64,000 bases of DNA from an uncultured delta proteobacterium. Its GTDB lineage: Bacteria > Myxococcota_A > UBA9160 > UBA4427. The stretch is taken from the NCBI GenBank assembly GCA_963822965.1, contig CAWGJT010000010.1, positions 672,001-736,000 of the forward strand, given 5' to 3'. The position numbers and the translations under genes were made by a program. How positions within the stretch are numbered: the stretch's first letter is position 1; each line of letters starts with the position of its first letter. This document shows positions 59,676 through 64,000 of the stretch, one piece after another. The notes below the pieces were generated by a model, which searched no databases, was not told the DNA's origin, and worked only from the letters and a program-made list of their open reading frames with translations.

Positions 59676-60938
59676 TCAGAGCGCCCGCAGCTGCCGGTGG
59701 CCGAAGATCAGGATGCCGGCGAGCAGCACCATCGGAATCACGCCGAAGATGCCGAGCGCGAGCTGGTCCCCCACCGCGTCCGCCAGGATGCCGACGAAGA
59801 GCGCGCCCACGGGCGCGAGCATGACCAGCATGAAGACCAGGCTGATGACCCGACCCCGCATCGCGTCGGGGACGGCCATCTGCAGGCCCGAGAACGTGTA
59901 GACGTTCCACACCTGGCTGCAGACTCCGAGCAGGAGCTCGACCCCCAGCACGTAGGAGAACGAGAACGCGAAGGAGTACAGGAGCATGCAGGTCGAGAAG
60001 CCCAGCATGCTGTAGCCCATCATGAGTCCCGGCCGGCGGGCCTGGGGAAGGGCCGCCATCACGAAGGCCGTGAGGAGCCCGCCGAGCCCCGCGACGCCGG
60101 CCATCACGCCGTAGCCCGTGCTGTCGACGCCCAGGACGTGGCGGGCGAACACCGGGCGCATGGCGGCGATGGCGCCGTTGAAGATCGCGAGCGAGGTCGC
60201 GAGCAGCGCGAGGCGCACGGGAGGGCTTCCGCGCACGTAGGCGAGGCCCTCCCGCAGGTCGGTCGCCCAGCTGCGGGGGCTGGCGGCGACGGGGGTGCGT
60301 CCGGCGATCGGAACCCAGAGCAGCAGCGCCGCGGCCAGCAGCAGCCCCGCCGACGCCGAGAGGTAGGCGCCCACCAGCCCCACGGCGGCGACCAGCCCTC
60401 CGCCCCACAAGGGGCCGAGGGTCTGTCCCACGCCCTGGGCGGCGACGTTCAGGGCCACCGCGTTCTGCGCCCGGGCGCGGGGCACCACGTCGAACACGAA
60501 GGTCTGGGTCGCCGGCTGCATGAACGAGGTGAGGAGCGCGGCCACCGCGGTGCCCACCAGCACGTGCCAGAGCTCGATGCGCCCGAACGCGATCAGCGCG
60601 CCGATCGCCGTGACGACCGCCGCGAGCCCCAGGCGTCCCAGCAGCAGCAGGCTTCGCCGGGGAACGCGGTCCGCCGCGACGCCGGCGAACGGCGAGGTGG
60701 CGAAGATGACGGCGCCCTGCAGGAACGAGACGGCGCCCAGCACGGTGCGCGAATCCGTCAGGCTCGTCACCAGCCACTGCAGCATCACGAACTGCGCCAT
60801 CCACGCGGAATAGTGAATCAGGTTCGACGCCCACAGCGGCAGGAAGTGCGGCTCGCGCAGCGTGTCGCCCACGAGGCTCCAGGGCGTGGAAGCGCTCACC
60901 AGCGGCGGCGTGGACGCGTCGGGCGGGGATTCCGGCAA
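59676..60938 (-). CDS. MFS transporter (DUF894 / EntS-like)
   Basis: GVAADRVPRR, DLREGLAYVR, VPDAMRGRV; multiple TM segments; TTG start 7 nt after TATACT. Confidence 0.82.
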   Translation of the reverse strand: MPESPPDASTPPLVSASTPWSLVGDTLREPHFLPLWASNLIHYSAWMAQFVMLQWLVTSLTDSRTVLGAVSFLQGAVIFATSPFAGVAADRVPRRSLLLLGRLGLAAVVTAIGALIAFGRIELWHVLVGTAVAALLTSFMQPATQTFVFDVVPRARAQNAVALNVAAQGVGQTLGPLWGGGLVAAVGLVGAYLSASAGLLLAAALLLWVPIAGRTPVAASPRSWATDLREGLAYVRGSPPVRLALLATSLAIFNGAIAAMRPVFARHVLGVDSTGYGVMAGVAGLGGLLTAFVMAALPQARRPGLMMGYSMLGFSTCMLLYSFAFSFSYVLGVELLLGVCSQVWNVYTFSGLQMAVPDAMRGRVISLVFMLVMLAPVGALFVGILADAVGDQLALGIFGVIPMVLLAGILIFGHRQLRAL

Positions 60939-61052
60939 GGCCGCGAGTATACGAAGACGGGGCGCGAGTTGGCGAGACCGCCGTGGCTGATGTAGCTCTA
61001 CGCGACCCCGTTCCCGCCGGTCTCGGGGCTCGCCCGCCGCACCGGAGAAGCC

Positions 61053-62159
61053 TTGCAGCTGCCCGTTCGAGGACATCCGCTCCACACCCGGTCGCTCACG
61101 CTGGTGGTGGGCCTCCTGGCGTCCGGCCGCTGGCACGCCCGGGGCGACGTGATCGATCTGCGCAAGTGCGGCTTCGTGCCCATGATGTCCGACATCCAGC
61201 CCGCCGGGATCATCCACCAGATGTCGATCGACCTCGACCTCGACCCCGGTAGCGGCCGGATCGACCGGATCGACGTCGCCCAGCCCTTCGTGGCCATCGA
61301 GCCCTCGCCGGCGAGCGGCGGCGAGTGCTGCCGGGATCCGGCGCCGCGTCTCCAGGCCCTGGCCGGCGAGCGCCTGGACGGCGAGTTCGCGCGTCGGCTC
61401 GGCGGCGTCTTCGGCGGACCGCTCGGCTGCTCGCACCTGCTGACCCTCTTCCAGCTCATGTCGAGCGGCCTGCAGCGGGCGATGCAGCTCGAGGCCGCGC
61501 TCGGGGAGGGAGCTCCGGCGCGCGAGCCGGGCGACCGCCTCTTTCGTCGCTCCGTCTTCGTCGAGGGGTTCGAGGGGGAGGATCAGGCGTCCATCGAGAT
61601 GGCCGTGCAGCTCGCCGACTTCCACACGCGGCCCATCGCGCCGGATGTGAGCCCGAGCGCCCGACTGGCCGGCCAGTGGGATGCCCGCGTCTTCGCGCGC
61701 GCCGCGGGCACCGCGCGCACGCTGAGGGAGCTGCGGGCCGCCCGGCGCGCGCGCTCGTTCGAGACGATCGGCACGGCCGCCTGGCACGACGAGAGCGATC
61801 GGCTGGCCCCGCTCGAGGGCGTGCCGATGGTGCCCGGCCTGGCGAAGCGGCTCTTCGCGATCTTCGATCGCCCCGACGATCGCCTGCTGCTCGACGCCAC
61901 CCTTCAGCTGGCGCCGGGCTACATCCAGGTGATGGCCGCGGTGATGGACCGCTGGCTTGCCCAGGCCAAGCAGGGCGGCCGCCCGCCCGATCTATCGGGC
62001 CCGTCGGGCCGCACCTCCATGAGCGACGCCGGCAACATCGGGGGCATGCCCGACTCCTGCTACATGTGGCGGAGTGACGGCCCGATGGCCTCCATGCGCG
62101 CCGTGCGGCAGGGGGATCCGGCAGAGCAGGCCCCGGAGGAGCAGGACCCGAAAGGGTAG
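61053..62159 (+). CDS. DUF2889-domain protein
   Basis: LHTRSL, IHQMSI, FGGPLGCSHLLTL, C-terminal DSCYMW. Confidence 0.65.
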   Translation: MQLPVRGHPLHTRSLTLVVGLLASGRWHARGDVIDLRKCGFVPMMSDIQPAGIIHQMSIDLDLDPGSGRIDRIDVAQPFVAIEPSPASGGECCRDPAPRLQALAGERLDGEFARRLGGVFGGPLGCSHLLTLFQLMSSGLQRAMQLEAALGEGAPAREPGDRLFRRSVFVEGFEGEDQASIEMAVQLADFHTRPIAPDVSPSARLAGQWDARVFARAAGTARTLRELRAARRARSFETIGTAAWHDESDRLAPLEGVPMVPGLAKRLFAIFDRPDDRLLLDATLQLAPGYIQVMAAVMDRWLAQAKQGGRPPDLSGPSGRTSMSDAGNIGGMPDSCYMWRSDGPMASMRAVRQGDPAEQAPEEQDPKG

Positions 62160-62165
62160 CCTGGG

Positions 62166-63074
62166 CTATCCGAGGCCGGCGCGGGCCAGGGCCTCCAGGA
62201 ACGGGCGCACGTCTCGCGCGCGGCTGGCGAACGCCGCCAGGGCGAAGGACGCGACGGTGACGCCGCGCGCGTGCCACTCGGGGAGGACCGCGAGGGTGGC
62301 CTCCAGATCCGGCCGCCCGTCCGCTCCGCGCACCACGGGCGGGGTGGCGCGCACGCCCAGGCTCGCGGGATCGCGACCTCCTGCGCGGAAGGCTTCGCGC
62401 AGGGTCTCGATGCCGCGCCACAGCTCGCCCGGGTCCGCGACGATGGGCATCCAGCCGGCGCCCAGCTCCGCGATGGCCGAGATCGCTCGCGGGCCGCGCA
62501 GCGCGGTGCCGAACCAGAACGGCACGCCGCCCGGCTGCACGGGCCGCGGCCGGCACCAGACGTTCTCGAACGAGACGGTGGCCGACGCGAAGCTCGCGGG
62601 CGCGTCGCGCCACAGGACGCGACACGCGCGCAGGCCGTCCAGCATGCGGTCGAAGCGGCCCGTGAAGGGCAGGCCCGCGGCGTCGTACTCCTCGCGCTGC
62701 CAGCCGGTTCCGACGCCCAGGTCGAGCCGGCCCCTCGAGAGGACGTCCAGGGTGGCGAGGGTCTTGGCGAGCAGCACGGGCGGCCGCAGCGGGGCGATCA
62801 GCACCCCGGTGGCGAGCCGGGTGCGCGAGGTGACCGCGGCGATCGCGGCCAGGGTCGTGAGGGGCTCGGGCCAGGGCTCGTGCTCGTCGAACGGGAAGCG
62901 GCCATAGGGATAGCGGTCGCTCCGGGCTCCCATCACCACGTGGTCGGTCACGGTGATCTGGTGGAGCCCCAGCTCGTCGGCCATGCGGGCGGTCTCGAGC
63001 AGACCGTGGAGATCGTCGCCGTAGAGGCGCGAGAGCCCGGAGAGGGTGAGCGAGATCCGCGGCCCGTCGCTCAC
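62166..63074 (-). CDS. LLM-class F420-dependent oxidoreductase (Rv2161c-like)
   Basis: TDHVV, EPLTTLAAIAAVT, LRPPVLLAKTLATLDVLSRGRLDLGVGTGWQREEY. Confidence 0.85.
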   Translation of the reverse strand: MSDGPRISLTLSGLSRLYGDDLHGLLETARMADELGLHQITVTDHVVMGARSDRYPYGRFPFDEHEPWPEPLTTLAAIAAVTSRTRLATGVLIAPLRPPVLLAKTLATLDVLSRGRLDLGVGTGWQREEYDAAGLPFTGRFDRMLDGLRACRVLWRDAPASFASATVSFENVWCRPRPVQPGGVPFWFGTALRGPRAISAIAELGAGWMPIVADPGELWRGIETLREAFRAGGRDPASLGVRATPPVVRGADGRPDLEATLAVLPEWHARGVTVASFALAAFASRARDVRPFLEALARAGLG

Positions 63075-64000
63075 CGCCGCTCGTCCCGGGTGAACACCAG
63101 CGCCACCAGGATGGCCGCGTTCAGGATCGCGAAGCACGTGAAGGCCAGGGTGTAGCTGCCCAGGCGGTCGTGCACCTGGGCGGCGAAGATGGCGCCCAGG
63201 GATCCGCTCGGCAGCGCGAGCATCAGCGCGCCGTAGATCTCGGCCATGTAGCGCTCGCCGAAGCAGCGGTTGATGATGAGCGGATACACCACGTCCCGGG
63301 CCGCGGTCGAGAATCCGTACGCCACGACGAACCCCCACACCAGGCCGTCGCTGGGCAGGGCCAGCAGCAATAGCGAGCTCAGGGCCAGCAGGGCGTGGTC
63401 GGCCAGGATCGACGTCTTCTCCGGGATGTAGTCCGAGATGACGCCCAGACCCACCTTGCTGGCGAGTCCCATGGCCAGGGCCGTGCTGAAGAAGTACGTG
63501 GCCTGGGTGGTCTCCATGCCCTCGTCCGTCAGGAACAGGACCAGGTGGTCCAGGACGCCCACGAAGTAGAAGAAGAAGCCGAAGAGCGCGAAGGCCAGGA
63601 TCCAGAAGGTGCGCGTGCGCAGGGCGTGGCGCAGGTCCAGGTCGGCATCGCTGCCCACGACCCGCGTTTCGAGCTCGCCGCCGGACCACACCAGGGGGCG
63701 GTCGCGGATCAGCAGCAGGATGGCGGGCACCATCACGACGAGTGCGCCGGCGCCCATCACGAAGAAGGTGGTCCGCCAGCCGTCGGCGCGGGCGATGCCG
63801 ACCCAGATCGGGACCAGGAACGCGCCGGCCAGGTTCGAGCCCGCGTACACGATCCCCATCGCGAAGCCCCGGCGCTTGACGATCCAGTGGGTGACGAGCT
63901 GTCCGACGCTGATGTCGCCGAGACCCACGAGCGCCACGGCCCCCACCATGAGCAGCGCATAGAACTGCCAGAGTGAGTCGATGCGGCCCAGCGCCAGGAA
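63071..64000 (-). CDS. MFS transporter, 5' end outside the window
   Basis: Frame open to the window edge; WIVKRRGFAMG, FGERYMAEIYG, DRLGSY. Confidence 0.8.
   Translation of the reverse strand, partial: FLALGRIDSLWQFYALLMVGAVALVGLGDISVGQLVTHWIVKRRGFAMGIVYAGSNLAGAFLVPIWVGIARADGWRTTFFVMGAGALVVMVPAILLLIRDRPLVWSGGELETRVVGSDADLDLRHALRTRTFWILAFALFGFFFYFVGVLDHLVLFLTDEGMETTQATYFFSTALAMGLASKVGLGVISDYIPEKTSILADHALLALSSLLLLALPSDGLVWGFVVAYGFSTAARDVVYPLIINRCFGERYMAEIYGALMLALPSGSLGAIFAAQVHDRLGSYTLAFTCFAILNAAILVALVFTRDERR

Noticed and set aside
1..64000. Mobile elements, prophage, rRNA or tRNA
   Set aside because: No transposase, integrase, phage or structural-RNA signature recognised

Overview
A very GC-rich, gene-dense bacterial window with about 56 CDS. 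I found no rRNA, tRNA, CRISPR array or mobile element. PEP-CTERM and IPTL-CTERM-type sorting signals, an outer-membrane beta-barrel and a CarF homologue point to a diderm, Myxococcota/Deltaproteobacteria-like organism (inference). Most genes serve lipid, acyl-CoA or steroid-like catabolism: SDRs, crotonases, four family III CoA-transferases, three acyl-CoA dehydrogenases, a MaoC pair, an HsaA-like and a KstD-like flavoprotein, and an F420-type LLM. There are also four membrane di-iron enzymes (AlkB, CarF and two sterol-desaturase-family proteins). Three candidate systems stand out. (1) A membrane-anchored LytTR regulator has three AlgR-like boxes at 21-bp period facing a lipoprotein SAM-methyltransferase and an ABC-2 exporter. 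(2) A wHTH-STAND regulator lies next to a 14-repeat FG-GAP surface protein whose promoter has 11-bp-period direct repeats and an occluded RBS. (3) An ACAD(alpha)-racemase-MaoC-MaoC-ACAD(beta) operon has a palindromic operator in its promoter, and a second alpha paralogue 5 kb upstream carries the same half-site. Several genes look leaderless. Single +1 frameshifts in three adjacent genes, and many indels in the FG-GAP repeats, are probably sequencing or assembly errors. All family calls come from motif recognition by eye, not database searches.
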